Shown here: positions 18,460-28,973 of the stretch, piece after piece
Layout: the number at the start of each line of letters is the position of its first letter
Position numbering within the stretch: position 1 is the stretch's first letter
Virus record (IMG/VR): IMGVR_UViG_3300021401_000002
DNA length: 64,000 bases
Origin: an uncultured virus (IMG/VR IMGVR_UViG_3300021401_000002)
Taxonomy: Duplodnaviria; Heunggongvirae; Uroviricota; Caudoviricetes
Direction: 5' to 3' (one strand)
Notes under the pieces: model-generated
What the model saw: only the letters and a program-made list of their open reading frames with translations
The model's database searches: none
What the model was told of the DNA's origin: nothing
Made by a program: the position numbers and the translations under genes

Positions 18460-18711
18460 TTACTTCGCATGTCGTCCCGACGCCATTACTGATTTCCCAA
18501 GTGATGTTAGATACCACTGACCACGCCTTCCGGCGATCAAGTCAGGATGATTGTGCCCAAGCAAATTTACGTATCCACGCTTGATAAGGTCAAAACCAAC
18601 TGACCTCATTCGCGTAAAGACTTCGTAACTAGCATTTTTGGGTTCAGGTTCGCCAATGTCGTGGATCATCTCCAAAACTTTGAGTTGCATGCTGCCTAAT
18701 GCACGACGCAC
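18460..18711 (-). CDS. Small winged-helix-like hypothetical protein
   Basis: LIKRGYV...WYLTSLGK. Confidence 0.45.
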   Translation of the reverse strand: MRRALGSMQLKVLEMIHDIGEPEPKNASYEVFTRMRSVGFDLIKRGYVNLLGHNHPDLIAGRRGQWYLTSLGKSVMASGRHAK

Positions 18712-18736
18712 GACCTTGAATACTCATTGCTCCTCG

Positions 18737-20032
18737 CTAGAAGCCATGGCCCCAGCCGCCGTGCGAGCCCCAGCTCCCGTAGCCGCCGAGTCCTTGCGGG
18801 CCGCCGTGACCGATGTGCCCGTAGCCACCGAAGCCGCTGTTGCCGAAGAGCGGGGGCGGCTGCTCGATGTACGGGAAGCCGTATCCGCTACTCGGAATCC
18901 ACGGAAAGCTCGGAGGCGTGAATGCGTCGTACCAGCCACCTGCTTGAGTACCTGTCGTCGCATGTGTAGCAGCATCTTCCGCGACGTGGTCTTTGCGCAT
19001 GAGACGTGCAAGCGTGAGCGGCGGAGGCGAAGCCCAAAAGAGCGCGGACTCCTTGAGGCCTGTGGACCAATCGGGATTGCTGCGATCGATGGGCTGACTG
19101 GGCGAAGACGAAGAGGTGGAAGAGGTCTTCGAGCGGCGATGAATGCGAGAGACTGCGTCATCATCGCCGCCATCGTCTGCTCCGTATGCGGCCTGACCTC
19201 GGCGCTTTTGTTCGACGAGGTGCGTGACTTTGTCGTATGTCGCTCCGTCGGCTTTCCCTGTTTGGGGCAAGTCCGTGTCGTGCTGAAATTGAATCAGTAC
19301 GCGTCTCGAATTGTCTCCCATGATGCCGTCTTCTTTGAGCATCATGTATCCATAAAACTGATTGAGACCCCGCTGCGTTCGAAGAAGTTGATCGTCGATT
19401 CCGCCTTGAGGCGTCGAAGGCGGACCGCCGAAGAGCTTCGAGATGAACTTGCCCGTGCGCGCGACAGGCGTCGCGCCGCGGTCCTCGGAAAAATTCGCCG
19501 AGGTCTCGTGCGGCGTCGGAAGAGGTGACGTCACGAGAGGACGTTGTACTGGCATCTGCGTAGGCGTGTACGTCACGCCACCTGGCTGCGCGCCGTATTG
19601 CTGCGCTCCGTACTGCTGCGACGGCGCTCCGTACTGCTGCGACGGCGCTCCGTACTGCTGGCCACCGTAGCCCTGCTGGCCACCGTAGCCCTGCTGTCCA
19701 CCGTAGCCCTGCTGGCCACCGTAGCCCTGACCGCCGCCGTAAGGATGATAGGGCGCGTGCATCACTGAAGGACGTGCTTGCGGGTATCCCTGTGGACGAC
19801 CCTGTGGCTGCTGCATCTGAGACTGAGAACGATGATAAATGCGAGGAGCTCCGCCACCTCCACCGAATCCGCGACGAATGGATGCAGCAAGATCGTCGAG
19901 CAAGCTGCCGCCTGAGTCATCGGTGTCCGCGCCAACTCGGTCAAACGACTTCTTCGTCTTTGCGTGCGAGTAGAGCCACCCAGCGCCAACTGCGCCTGCT
20001 GCAATGCCGAGAATTTTGGTCTGTTTACGCAT
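18737..20032 (-). CDS. TM-anchored Gly/Gln/Tyr-rich protein with peptidoglycan-binding domain
   Basis: GGQQGY and GAPSQQY tandem repeats; EDGIMGDNSRRVLIQFQHDTDLPQTGKAD. Confidence 0.7.
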   Translation of the reverse strand: MRKQTKILGIAAGAVGAGWLYSHAKTKKSFDRVGADTDDSGGSLLDDLAASIRRGFGGGGGAPRIYHRSQSQMQQPQGRPQGYPQARPSVMHAPYHPYGGGQGYGGQQGYGGQQGYGGQQGYGGQQYGAPSQQYGAPSQQYGAQQYGAQPGGVTYTPTQMPVQRPLVTSPLPTPHETSANFSEDRGATPVARTGKFISKLFGGPPSTPQGGIDDQLLRTQRGLNQFYGYMMLKEDGIMGDNSRRVLIQFQHDTDLPQTGKADGATYDKVTHLVEQKRRGQAAYGADDGGDDDAVSRIHRRSKTSSTSSSSPSQPIDRSNPDWSTGLKESALFWASPPPLTLARLMRKDHVAEDAATHATTGTQAGGWYDAFTPPSFPWIPSSGYGFPYIEQPPPLFGNSGFGGYGHIGHGGPQGLGGYGSWGSHGGWGHGF

Positions 20033-20078
20033 GTTCGAAGTCCTTACCCCTTCGGGTATCACGAAGCGTGTCAATCAG

Positions 20079-20738
20079 TCAGGTCGGGTGTCCCATCATC
20101 TTGCTCACAAGACCCGCAGGCTTTGCGGGCGGTGGCATATTGTACTTCTTTGCAAGGTGCGAAAGAAGCAAGTTCAATCGGACCTTGGGATCAACGTCGT
20201 GCTTGCGCCTGACGTGAGCTGGAAGAGGTCCTCCGCCGCCTGGTGCTGTGAGTCGTTGCGCTTGCTGCGCCATGGGATGCTGAGGCTGCGTCATGGGATG
20301 CTGAGCCTGTGGCATCGTTTGCTGTGACGGCATTTGGGCTTGCGAGCTTCTCGAGGTCGCTTTTGTGAGTGCGCCCTCGGCAGCTTGCGTCACCGCAGGA
20401 AGAGCGGTCTTCGCAAGTTTGCCAAACACGTCGCCAAGTGCCGAGCCCGTGTTGCCTGTGCCGCTGAAGAGATTCGAGAGATTGGAACCGATGCCGCCAA
20501 GCCCGCCTCCGCTCGAACCGTCTCCGCTGCCGGTGCCGCCGAACGCACTTCCAAGAGAGCTTCCAAGATCGGAGAGCGCGCTGCCGAAACCGCCACCCCC
20601 AGAATCGGCGCCGTCGCTGCCGAGCGAAGAAGCGATGTCACCAAGACCACCGAGCCCGTCACCACCGTCTTGGCCTACGAAGACCTCTTCGCTGCCGTCA
20701 TCGTAGAGCATTCCGTCGTAACCAACCCAGATCGTCAT
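20079..20738 (-). CDS. Gly/Ser-rich virion protein candidate
   Basis: MTIWVGYDG..., amphipathic Gly-rich repeats. Confidence 0.55.
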   Translation of the reverse strand: MTIWVGYDGMLYDDGSEEVFVGQDGGDGLGGLGDIASSLGSDGADSGGGGFGSALSDLGSSLGSAFGGTGSGDGSSGGGLGGIGSNLSNLFSGTGNTGSALGDVFGKLAKTALPAVTQAAEGALTKATSRSSQAQMPSQQTMPQAQHPMTQPQHPMAQQAQRLTAPGGGGPLPAHVRRKHDVDPKVRLNLLLSHLAKKYNMPPPAKPAGLVSKMMGHPT

Positions 20739-20760
20739 AGCTTTTGGTCTCCAGTTGAAA

Positions 20761-23037
20761 CTAAGCAGTAGGGTACCCAAGAAATTGAAGCGCGGCAATC
20801 AACCAGGTATTGTAGGTTACATATCCTGCGTTTGTAGGGTGATAACCATCGACGTTGAGCTCTCCTGTCGTCACAGGTGGTGCTCCGTTGATCATGACAG
20901 ACGCATCTACATAAGAGACAAATGTGGGATTGGCCGCCGCGACAGCAGCCATTTGCGAACGCAAATTGGGCAGTGTGTACCCGCTTGCATTGGGCACATT
21001 TTCATTGACGGCGACAATAGCTCCTTGAAGTACGATTGGGATCGTTGCATCGAGCGTATGAATGGCTGCAACGAGCGTAGCTAGATCTGCGCCCCAAGCA
21101 GCGGCTGATGCGTAGCTCGAGGCGACGAAATCGTTGAGACTGATCTGAACCCAGATCATCTTGATGCCGCCAGGAGCAACTTCATGGGCAAGCGCAACAA
21201 GCGCAGTTGCTGTATCTACGAAGGTTGCATCAAAACTACGATCGGTGAAAAGCTGACGTCCGATGGTTCCGAAGAAAGAAACGCGACCCGACCACTTGTG
21301 ACCTGTCAAATAGCGCAGTTGTTGGAAAGCTCCATTGATGGGAGCCGTACTCCCGCAAGCCAAGCTAATCGAATCTCCGTAAACGACCATCTTGTTCGTG
21401 GGAATGACAGCCGGCAAAACTGAAGTAGCCCCAGTGGGGTCTTGAATCCCGATGAGCACGGCAGCTACTGGAACAACAGGAGTCGCTTGCTCTGAAGGCC
21501 CGTCCCAAATTTCCACAATATGAGCAGCGCCGTCGAGCGCAAGCACCGTCGTATTGGGCGGAAACGGAGTGACGCTTGTAGGAACTGTGTATGTAGAATG
21601 AAAAACGCCATCCACGAAAATCGAAAGCTCGGGCAAATTCACGACGCTTGGACCAGCAGTCGTATTCTGTTGAACCAAAAGTGTAATTGACGTTGCAGTC
21701 GTATAAAAACGAGTCGCCGCGTAAGCACCTTTGACGAGCTCTTGACCTCCCAATCCCAAGAACGTGATGACCGCAGAGTCGCTGACGTAACCATTCACAC
21801 CGACAAGACCGAGCTTCGCGGCCTGATTGGTTTCTAGTGATGTGAGATCTGCAGCATCGAGAATTCTGTTATATCCGTGTACTTCTTCTTCGTAGCCGTG
21901 CCAAAAGAATGCAGTATTGTCGTCACGGTTTCCGATTTGAATGCCTGAGGAACCTGCATCGATCGTCGGTGTGCCTGCAGGAGCTGTCATCGCATACGGG
22001 TACACGACATTCCACCCATTGAGACGCATAGCCATCGTACCCGTACCTGGAGTAATCATAAAAACCAGAACGAGAGGAGCGCCTGTAAACATCTGCGGAT
22101 TGGTAATGTTGGTCACTCCGTCGCTATAGCAAAATGTCGTATTTCCAATGAACACTCGCGTTTTGCCAGCGCTACCCATGCGAAATGCGGTTGAAATGGC
22201 TCCGCCCGCATCAGTCAAGTAACCAGAAACCGCCATAGTAGACGGCGTTCCAGCAGCAAAGAGAGTTGTTGGAACGTTTGACAGTTCGTTGGTAGCCAGC
22301 GACCAAAGCTGACCATCAAACTGCTGAAATTTCGTTGCAGTTATTGTTGGGCCAGTAAATCCAACAGGTGGCGTAAAAATGATGGCGTGCGCAAGATCCT
22401 CCCACTGCGTAAGTGCGCCCCCGACAACCGTTCGACCGCTATCGATGAAGAGATCAAGGGCGCTACCCGCTGGAAGCGATGGAATGGCTGGAGCAGAAAA
22501 CGAGGTATATGCGTTTAGAAGAATGCCAGTTCCACCAGGCGTCGTCACTGAAACTGAAACGGGAATGAGAGAAGACGGAAGAGCAGGAGTAACGGCTGTA
22601 ATTTCCGTATCACTCACTACAACGACGCTGGTGGCTGAAACACCACCGATACTCACATTTGTAGCTCCAATGAATCCAGTACCCATGATGGTCACTGGAA
22701 CTCCACCAGCAGCACTTCCTAACGTCGGACTGATGCTGATGACTGTGGGCAATGGAAAAACAGATATCGGTTCCGTTGACCACGTTACGGGCGGTTCGAA
22801 ATTTGGAATCTGTGCGAGTGGAGAAGCAAAATCTGCTTGCTCGAGAGCTGGTTCTGGATTCGGGGGTACGACCTCAATGAGACCGTTGACAGGTGTAACT
22901 TCGCCTTGAATGCCTTCAAGAACTGGTACTTCGTTTTGCGGAACAAGCGTAGGAAGTCCACTAACGAGTGTAACCGTTCCTTGATTTCCAGGAATGTTGA
23001 TAGGAAGCGGTGGATAGATAGTAGGCGGTCCAGACAT
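20761..23037 (-). CDS. Spike/receptor-binding protein: IPT/TIG + LamG-like + SGNH hydrolase
   Basis: PTVISISPTLGSAAGGVPVTIMGTGF (IPT); VYGDSIS, SLND, DGYHP (SGNH); lower GC. Confidence 0.8.
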   Translation of the reverse strand: MSGPPTIYPPLPINIPGNQGTVTLVSGLPTLVPQNEVPVLEGIQGEVTPVNGLIEVVPPNPEPALEQADFASPLAQIPNFEPPVTWSTEPISVFPLPTVISISPTLGSAAGGVPVTIMGTGFIGATNVSIGGVSATSVVVVSDTEITAVTPALPSSLIPVSVSVTTPGGTGILLNAYTSFSAPAIPSLPAGSALDLFIDSGRTVVGGALTQWEDLAHAIIFTPPVGFTGPTITATKFQQFDGQLWSLATNELSNVPTTLFAAGTPSTMAVSGYLTDAGGAISTAFRMGSAGKTRVFIGNTTFCYSDGVTNITNPQMFTGAPLVLVFMITPGTGTMAMRLNGWNVVYPYAMTAPAGTPTIDAGSSGIQIGNRDDNTAFFWHGYEEEVHGYNRILDAADLTSLETNQAAKLGLVGVNGYVSDSAVITFLGLGGQELVKGAYAATRFYTTATSITLLVQQNTTAGPSVVNLPELSIFVDGVFHSTYTVPTSVTPFPPNTTVLALDGAAHIVEIWDGPSEQATPVVPVAAVLIGIQDPTGATSVLPAVIPTNKMVVYGDSISLACGSTAPINGAFQQLRYLTGHKWSGRVSFFGTIGRQLFTDRSFDATFVDTATALVALAHEVAPGGIKMIWVQISLNDFVASSYASAAAWGADLATLVAAIHTLDATIPIVLQGAIVAVNENVPNASGYTLPNLRSQMAAVAAANPTFVSYVDASVMINGAPPVTTGELNVDGYHPTNAGYVTYNTWLIAALQFLGYPTA

Positions 23038-23048
23038 CTTTTTCTCTC

Positions 23049-24110
23049 TTAGAAATTGGAGTCCATCGTGTAGCGCACAGTGCTGAAAGTATTGCTGGCT
23101 CCGCCACCCGACGCGACGTTCATACCGGCTTGCCATGCGAGAGCGAGCGTGTTCGCTGGCAGCGTCGCCGCAATGACGCCGGAGTGTGTCGTCGCTGCGG
23201 TCAGATCATTGATGGTCCACGCGATCGTCGCTGCATCCGGGAGCGCCGTGAGAGCAAGCTCTACGAGGTTCCCAGCTACGAGTGGCACACCGCTATCTGT
23301 AGTGGTCACTGCGGCACCGTTACAGCTTACGATTTTCCAGTTGCCAGCGAGAACGCCTCCTACGACAGTTTCAGTGAAAGCAATGCCAACGACTTGGAGA
23401 GTCGTTTGCGTCGTCCAGTCGATGCTGCCGTTTTGAGGAAGACCAGCGCCTCCTCCGGACGCATCCATCAGCCCTACGAAGCATTGGAGAAGAGGCGTCG
23501 CTGAAACTGACTCGATGCCGAATCTCGTCGTGTGTGTAAAACCTCCAATACCTGCTGCCGCACCTCGGAGAACAAAGCTCGTCTTGTAAGTACCGGTGGC
23601 CGCCGATCCGTCGTAGCTGCCGATCCATGCAGGACCTGCGGCGTTGGTATTTGCCGTACCTCTCGAGCAGCTTTGCAAGAGGTTTGTGGCGCTCTGGTAG
23701 GAGCCGAGATTATTGTGTCCGATGACGAGTGCGCAGTTGGCGCCTATCGCGTAGACGCCACTTCCGTCGAGCACCGGTACGCCAGACCAATACTGATAGC
23801 GCGTTTGCGAGAGCGCAGAGCTCACTGCCGCGCCAGATGGAGCGGGAAGAGACTCTGCTTCCCAGTTCGTTCCATTGAAGACAGGAACACTACCGACTCC
23901 TGGCGCTCCCATCGTTGATGGGTCAAGCGGAATGTTTTCCCATTTGCCGACGGTGTTGGCGTTGGATGGACCCGCAGCGTCTCCTTCGAGATTGATCGAA
24001 GCACCAGGCGAAAGCTCGTCAGCCGTAGAAGCGTTCGGAGGCCAATCATTTTGAGCTGGCGTATTGCCAGGTATGAAGATTGGAAACGGCGAAACGAACT
24101 TGCTGCTCAC
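23049..24110 (-). CDS. Spike/fibre-like beta-rich protein
   Basis: Shares GPSNANTV.KWEN.PLDP module with the next gene; beta-sandwich-like C-terminus. Confidence 0.65.
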   Translation of the reverse strand: MSSKFVSPFPIFIPGNTPAQNDWPPNASTADELSPGASINLEGDAAGPSNANTVGKWENIPLDPSTMGAPGVGSVPVFNGTNWEAESLPAPSGAAVSSALSQTRYQYWSGVPVLDGSGVYAIGANCALVIGHNNLGSYQSATNLLQSCSRGTANTNAAGPAWIGSYDGSAATGTYKTSFVLRGAAAGIGGFTHTTRFGIESVSATPLLQCFVGLMDASGGGAGLPQNGSIDWTTQTTLQVVGIAFTETVVGGVLAGNWKIVSCNGAAVTTTDSGVPLVAGNLVELALTALPDAATIAWTINDLTAATTHSGVIAATLPANTLALAWQAGMNVASGGGASNTFSTVRYTMDSNF

Positions 24111-24130
24111 GAGAGTCTCTCCAGCTCCTC

Positions 24131-25855
24131 TTATGCGAAAAGGATTTTGGCAATGAGAAGACCGCTTCCGCCAGCGGCACCCGCTCCACCCGCCGTAACA
24201 GCCGTGAAGCTTCCAGCACCACCTCCGCCTCCACCACCGCTCGAGATGGTGCCTCCAGTTCCAGCGCCGCCAGCTCCCGCGGTACCATTACCGCCATTTC
24301 CAGCTCCCGTGACGCCATTGGGGCCCGCACCACCTCCTCCGCCTCCGGGACCATTGCCGGCGCCCCCTGTGCCTCCAGTGCCTGCTGCCTGAAGCTGCAC
24401 TGCGTTGGTCGTATTGATCGCGGAGATGTTGTCGTTACCCGTAGAGCCTGCAGCCGTACCTGTGCCGCCAGATCCGCCGCTCGCGGGAGCTGCGAAGACT
24501 CCGTTCGGAACAGGAGCTCCGCCACCACCGGCCGCACCGCCCGCGATGCCTCCAGCGCCCCCTCCGCCGCCCGCAAACGCGGCGAGCACGACGCCTGCTG
24601 TCGCGTCGATGACGTAGGTGTTGCCGCCGTTGCCGCCCGCGCCGCCACTGAGACCTGCAGCGCCCGCGGCGCCCGCCGCTCCCCCAGTTCCCACGATCAC
24701 GTTGATGGTGTGCGCAAGATTCACTTGCGTCATGACCGTGGACAAGATGCCACCGCCTCCGCCACCACCTCCTGAACCAGGTCCAGCGACTCCCGAAGCG
24801 CCCCCACCTCCGCCGCCTCCAGCGCCGAAGCCCGTGAACTGCACCGCCTGGGTTCCATAGGAAGCGAACGCTGCAAAAATTCGCGTGGGACCTGGTGCGA
24901 CTTCTTCTACCTCGGTCGAAGTGACGACTTCCCAATCGGTGCCGTTGAAGACAGGCACGCCAGCGACGCCAGGCGCCGCGAACGTCGCTGGATCGAGCGG
25001 CACGTTCTCCCACTTGACGACGGTGTTGGCGTTCGAAGGTCCGATGACGTCGCCACCAAGTGCAACAACTCCACCTGCCGTAATCGATTCTGAAGTCGTA
25101 ACACCCGTGAGTGTGATGTTGATAGCCTGTTGGCTATTGTTCTTCATGCTGACGAAGTATTCGGTTGCGACAGGGAGCTTGAGCTCACCAAAGACTTCAC
25201 CAATGGTGCTGTCTGTGCCGCTCATTTGTGCCGAGGCGACGAGCGCGCCAAGGACCGAACCGCCACCGCAATCTGCCGTGACGGTCACTGTGACAAAAGG
25301 CGGTATGTTCGTCTGGTCGATTGCCACGTCCATGTGCTGCGCGTAGCCAGGAAAGACGGTGAGCGTTCCAGTCGCTCCGGGCGCGAGCGCAAAAGTCGTT
25401 CCAAACTCTGCATCTCCAGCAGTGTCGAATTGATCGACGCCTGCGATGGTGATCGTCACAGGCTGACGCGGCGACGAAAGCGAAGCCGGTGTGCTCGAGA
25501 GATCTGTCACGGTCACGGTGTAATTCGTACCGCCCGCATGAATCTGATTGCTCTGAGCTACGGCGTTGCCGCCGCCAGACCCACCGCCCCCACCTCCAGC
25601 AAGCGGTCCAAGTCCCGTATCCCAAGCGATGATGGATGGAAGATTCGAGCCGACTGCTTGCTTCTGAGCGACGAGCGTTTGAAACCCACCGACTTCGGCA
25701 TAGAGCCGAAGAAGAAGAGGTCCCCCGCCGCCTCCAGTGCCGCCAACGAAGTAAACGGAGATGTTGTCGAGTGGAGCGCCTGGCGCAATCGTTGCAGCGA
25801 TTGTTTCAGTGCCGATAACCGGAGTGACCGTGCCGTTTCCAACTAAAACCGCCAT
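24131..25855 (-). CDS. Spike/fibre-like protein with glycine-rich C-terminal domain
   Basis: GGGGG/GAGG repeats, beta-rich N-terminus. Confidence 0.7.
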   Translation of the reverse strand: MAVLVGNGTVTPVIGTETIAATIAPGAPLDNISVYFVGGTGGGGGPLLLRLYAEVGGFQTLVAQKQAVGSNLPSIIAWDTGLGPLAGGGGGGSGGGNAVAQSNQIHAGGTNYTVTVTDLSSTPASLSSPRQPVTITIAGVDQFDTAGDAEFGTTFALAPGATGTLTVFPGYAQHMDVAIDQTNIPPFVTVTVTADCGGGSVLGALVASAQMSGTDSTIGEVFGELKLPVATEYFVSMKNNSQQAINITLTGVTTSESITAGGVVALGGDVIGPSNANTVVKWENVPLDPATFAAPGVAGVPVFNGTDWEVVTSTEVEEVAPGPTRIFAAFASYGTQAVQFTGFGAGGGGGGGASGVAGPGSGGGGGGGGILSTVMTQVNLAHTINVIVGTGGAAGAAGAAGLSGGAGGNGGNTYVIDATAGVVLAAFAGGGGGAGGIAGGAAGGGGAPVPNGVFAAPASGGSGGTGTAAGSTGNDNISAINTTNAVQLQAAGTGGTGGAGNGPGGGGGGAGPNGVTGAGNGGNGTAGAGGAGTGGTISSGGGGGGGAGSFTAVTAGGAGAAGGSGLLIAKILFA

Positions 25856-25974
25856 CTTCGTTCTCCATCAGCAATCTCGCGCTTTCGGCAATGCCGCTAC
25901 GCGAAGAGGTCTTGCGCCAAGGAAAACAGACGGCCTAACCCGCATGTCCTCTTGCTATCGTCTGCTCACAAACT

Positions 25975-27699
25975 CTACCACCACCTCGACCAATCCACCC
26001 AATTAGGGTGCTCCAAACGAGAACCGTAACGGTCTTCGGGTCTCAAGTGCATGGCTTGGACGGCTTTGTCGTACGGCATCTGCACGAACGGCGTCGCCGC
26101 GTTGCCGAGCCCGCTTCGCGCAAGATCCTGATCGTAGAAGAACGCTCCTGTGCGATGCACTCCTCCTGCGTTCGCCGCATGCGCGTTCGCTGCGTGCGCG
26201 TGCGCGTGCGCTATGGGAAGAGGAACGCCTACACCCTTTTGCTCTTGCACTTGAGAGATGTGACCGATGCCGGCGCCGAGTAAAAAGAGATTCGTGATCT
26301 TCGGATCCGTGAACGCGCCCATCGGCTGCACGATCTTCGCGATGGCCGCGACCGTGGGCAAGTCCGCGAGCTTGCCCGCCTGATGCCCTGCAAGAAAGAC
26401 CTTCCCTGCGACGTCTTCTCCGAGCACGGTCGCAATGACATGAGCCGCGGTGTCGTCGAGTTTGCCAAACGACGCAGCTTTCTTTGCAACCTTCGTCCAC
26501 ATCGAAGCGAAATCGAGCTTTTGCTTTTGCGCTGCATCGACGCTCTGTGAAACCTGATCGATCGTCGCGCCTAGAGCCGTGACGGCCATGGGCGGTACGT
26601 TGATGCCGGCACCGTATTTGAGCCCAGCCGATGCCGCCGCAACGAGCATCTTCGAAATGCCGGCAAGCGCTTGTGCGTTGTCGCCGCCCGCGACCGTGAC
26701 ATCGACCATGTTCGCGATTTGCTGCACATAGGGTGCCGCCATGATGAGCGTCGAACCGATGGCGGTTCCCACGCCGGGGATGATCTCGAGCACGGCTCCA
26801 ATCACCTGCATCATCGTCGACGAGATGACGCCCATGTTGCCTGGCAAGTCTTTGCCGGCATCGAAGCCTTCGTCGTGCCACTGGCCTCCTGAACGGTTCG
26901 CATTCGGATGGTCACTGCCTCCGAAGAGTCCTGGCTGCGCGCGCTCGGCCGCGATGGCTTTGGGGTCTTGCGTCTCGAACGTGTGAATGTCGTCCGTGCC
27001 TTTTTTCTTCGACGCATCGTCTTGAGGGCCCATACCCCAGCGCCACCACTGAAGGTTCTGCGGATTGAGCGCTACAGGAATGGACATACGAGGATAAGTG
27101 ATCTTCTTCATGCGATCGTTATCATAATAGTAGATAACGATTGGATCGCTTTCGTAATTCGATTTCGGCAGCGGGCCGAGCTTCGTGCGCTTTGCGATGG
27201 CTTTTTGTACGACCTTGTCGAGCTCGTTCCAAGAATTACGTCCGCCACGTACTTGCCACACAGGCGACTGTGGGTTCTCGTACGCAGCGATGAGCATCGC
27301 CGGATCGTGATCTTCCTTCTTCTGAATCGGCTTCTTCGCTGATCCAAATGCTTTCTTCACCGTTCCGTCATTCGCCCATTCGCGCGTATCGTCATCGAAG
27401 AGGTACGAGTTCAAAATCGCTCGCGCTTGATCGCGCTTCGACATACGAGGATCAAACGAGGCAACGAAGTCGATGGGATGCGGAGGCGGCGACCAGCCCA
27501 CGAGCATCGGATTGAACCCTACGAATTGAGCTGGCGTTCGCGCACCCTGACTTCTTCGCACGAGAGCACCGAGCATGACACCGAGCGCGCCTCCAACCAT
27601 TACGCGCGAACCAAACGGTTTCTTTCGGTCGAGCGACGCGAGAAAAAGCCCGAGCGCCGCGCCGCACAGCCCGTCAGTGATCGGGTGACGACCGAGCAC
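25975..27699 (-). CDS. Large membrane-associated virion protein candidate
   Basis: N-terminal TM pair; hydrophobic IIPGVGTAIGS helix region. Confidence 0.6.
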   Translation of the reverse strand: MLGRHPITDGLCGAALGLFLASLDRKKPFGSRVMVGGALGVMLGALVRRSQGARTPAQFVGFNPMLVGWSPPPHPIDFVASFDPRMSKRDQARAILNSYLFDDDTREWANDGTVKKAFGSAKKPIQKKEDHDPAMLIAAYENPQSPVWQVRGGRNSWNELDKVVQKAIAKRTKLGPLPKSNYESDPIVIYYYDNDRMKKITYPRMSIPVALNPQNLQWWRWGMGPQDDASKKKGTDDIHTFETQDPKAIAAERAQPGLFGGSDHPNANRSGGQWHDEGFDAGKDLPGNMGVISSTMMQVIGAVLEIIPGVGTAIGSTLIMAAPYVQQIANMVDVTVAGGDNAQALAGISKMLVAAASAGLKYGAGINVPPMAVTALGATIDQVSQSVDAAQKQKLDFASMWTKVAKKAASFGKLDDTAAHVIATVLGEDVAGKVFLAGHQAGKLADLPTVAAIAKIVQPMGAFTDPKITNLFLLGAGIGHISQVQEQKGVGVPLPIAHAHAHAANAHAANAGGVHRTGAFFYDQDLARSGLGNAATPFVQMPYDKAVQAMHLRPEDRYGSRLEHPNWVDWSRWW

Positions 27700-27707
27700 C
27701 TCTTGCC

Positions 27708-28595
27708 TCAGAATCCTGGTCCGATGTCGCTATGACCTGAGTGCGAAGCGCTAGCCGCCTGAGAGAAGCCCGCTGCAGCGAGCAGCTTCGAGAGTGGCGT
27801 CAGCGTGCGAGGATCGCCTTCGCTGATGGCGTGAGAGATGATGTCTTGCGCAGCCTTGCCTAAAGACGCTGTTTCCGCCTTCCAGTCACCGCCACCAAGA
27901 GCGCCAACGCTTGTTCGTGCGGATGGGAAGAAAGAAGTCCTCGAGGAAGAAGCCTGCGTGAGTGGATTCGTCGTCAAAGGTGTCGAAATCTGCACGAGAA
28001 AATCGTGCGTCTTCTGATCGACGATGCCCGTTTGAGGGAGCTTCTGCGCTTGTTGAAACTGCACGATGGCGTCTTTCGTGCGCGGACCCATCTTGCCGTC
28101 TTCTTTGATGACGTGACCTTGGAAGAAGGTGTTGAGCATGTGCTGCGTCTCCTGCACGCCGAAGTCAGCGCCACCGGACTTGGTCTTTGGCATCGATGGA
28201 GGACCGCCAAACGTCTTCGAGATGAGGTTTTGCGCTGTCGCCTTGGCTTGATCAACGATTTGACGTTGAGGCGGCGGACGAACCGGTGGTGCTTGCCAAG
28301 TCTGCGATGACGGCTGCTGTGTGAAAGATTGTGGTTGACGCGGTTGTCTTTGCGTCTGCGAAACATGTGGCGGCAGCGTCCGAGAATGCGGTGATGGCGG
28401 CGCAATGCGCTTCAGTGTCGGCGTGCGTCTCCGGCCTTTGCCTTCGTCTTCGCCTTGCGGAGCTGGGTGCGATTCGAGCTTCGCCTTGATCTGATCGAAC
28501 CACGAGTCGCCGGGTTCTGACATGGCGTAGTCAACGGCGAATACGGCGACGCCGCAACCGAGCACGCCCAGCAGAATCGCGCCACTCTCAGCCAT
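27708..28595 (-). CDS. TM-anchored protein with peptidoglycan-binding domain
   Basis: VQETQHMLN...EDGKMGPRTKDAIVQFQQAQKLPQTGIVD. Confidence 0.8.
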   Translation of the reverse strand: MAESGAILLGVLGCGVAVFAVDYAMSEPGDSWFDQIKAKLESHPAPQGEDEGKGRRRTPTLKRIAPPSPHSRTLPPHVSQTQRQPRQPQSFTQQPSSQTWQAPPVRPPPQRQIVDQAKATAQNLISKTFGGPPSMPKTKSGGADFGVQETQHMLNTFFQGHVIKEDGKMGPRTKDAIVQFQQAQKLPQTGIVDQKTHDFLVQISTPLTTNPLTQASSSRTSFFPSARTSVGALGGGDWKAETASLGKAAQDIISHAISEGDPRTLTPLSKLLAAAGFSQAASASHSGHSDIGPGF

Positions 28596-28965
28596 GACCT
28601 CGTCCACCTTCGTGACCCCAATCACGTCCGTAGTGACCTCTTCGAATCATCTCGCCATGGAAACCCCTTGCGTGATGACCCCAGTGCGGATGGTAGTGAG
28701 CTGGAAACGCTGGGTAGTAACCGGGAAGGTACTCGAGTACTGGCGCCACTTGAGCGGGCGCTTCGGGCATGCCTCTCGGTACGACCTTGTGCGGCGCAAG
28801 ACCTCTTTTCCCATGCTCCCCGTCGCCACTGCCGAAGATGCTGCGATAGAACGATGCTGCGATGGACTTGTCGCCCTCTACGAAGTAGTCCACGCCGAGC
28901 GCAGCCACACCAAGTCCCGCAATGGACAGAACGGGATGAGCTTTCATTTTAGCAAGGATCGACAT
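28588..28965 (-). CDS. Small TM protein
   Basis: LSIAGLGVAALGVDY. Confidence 0.55.
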   Translation of the reverse strand: MSILAKMKAHPVLSIAGLGVAALGVDYFVEGDKSIAASFYRSIFGSGDGEHGKRGLAPHKVVPRGMPEAPAQVAPVLEYLPGYYPAFPAHYHPHWGHHARGFHGEMIRRGHYGRDWGHEGGRGHG

Positions 28966-28973
28966 GAAGAGGT

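Noticed and set aside
19600..19735. 18- and 21-bp tandem repeats as a CRISPR or origin
   Set aside because: In-frame coding repeats (GGQQGY, GAPSQQY) with no spacers
22016..22025. CCATTGAGAC, 10-nt complement to the repeat 5' end, as a tracrRNA
   Set aside because: Short, inside a coding gene, compatible with chance
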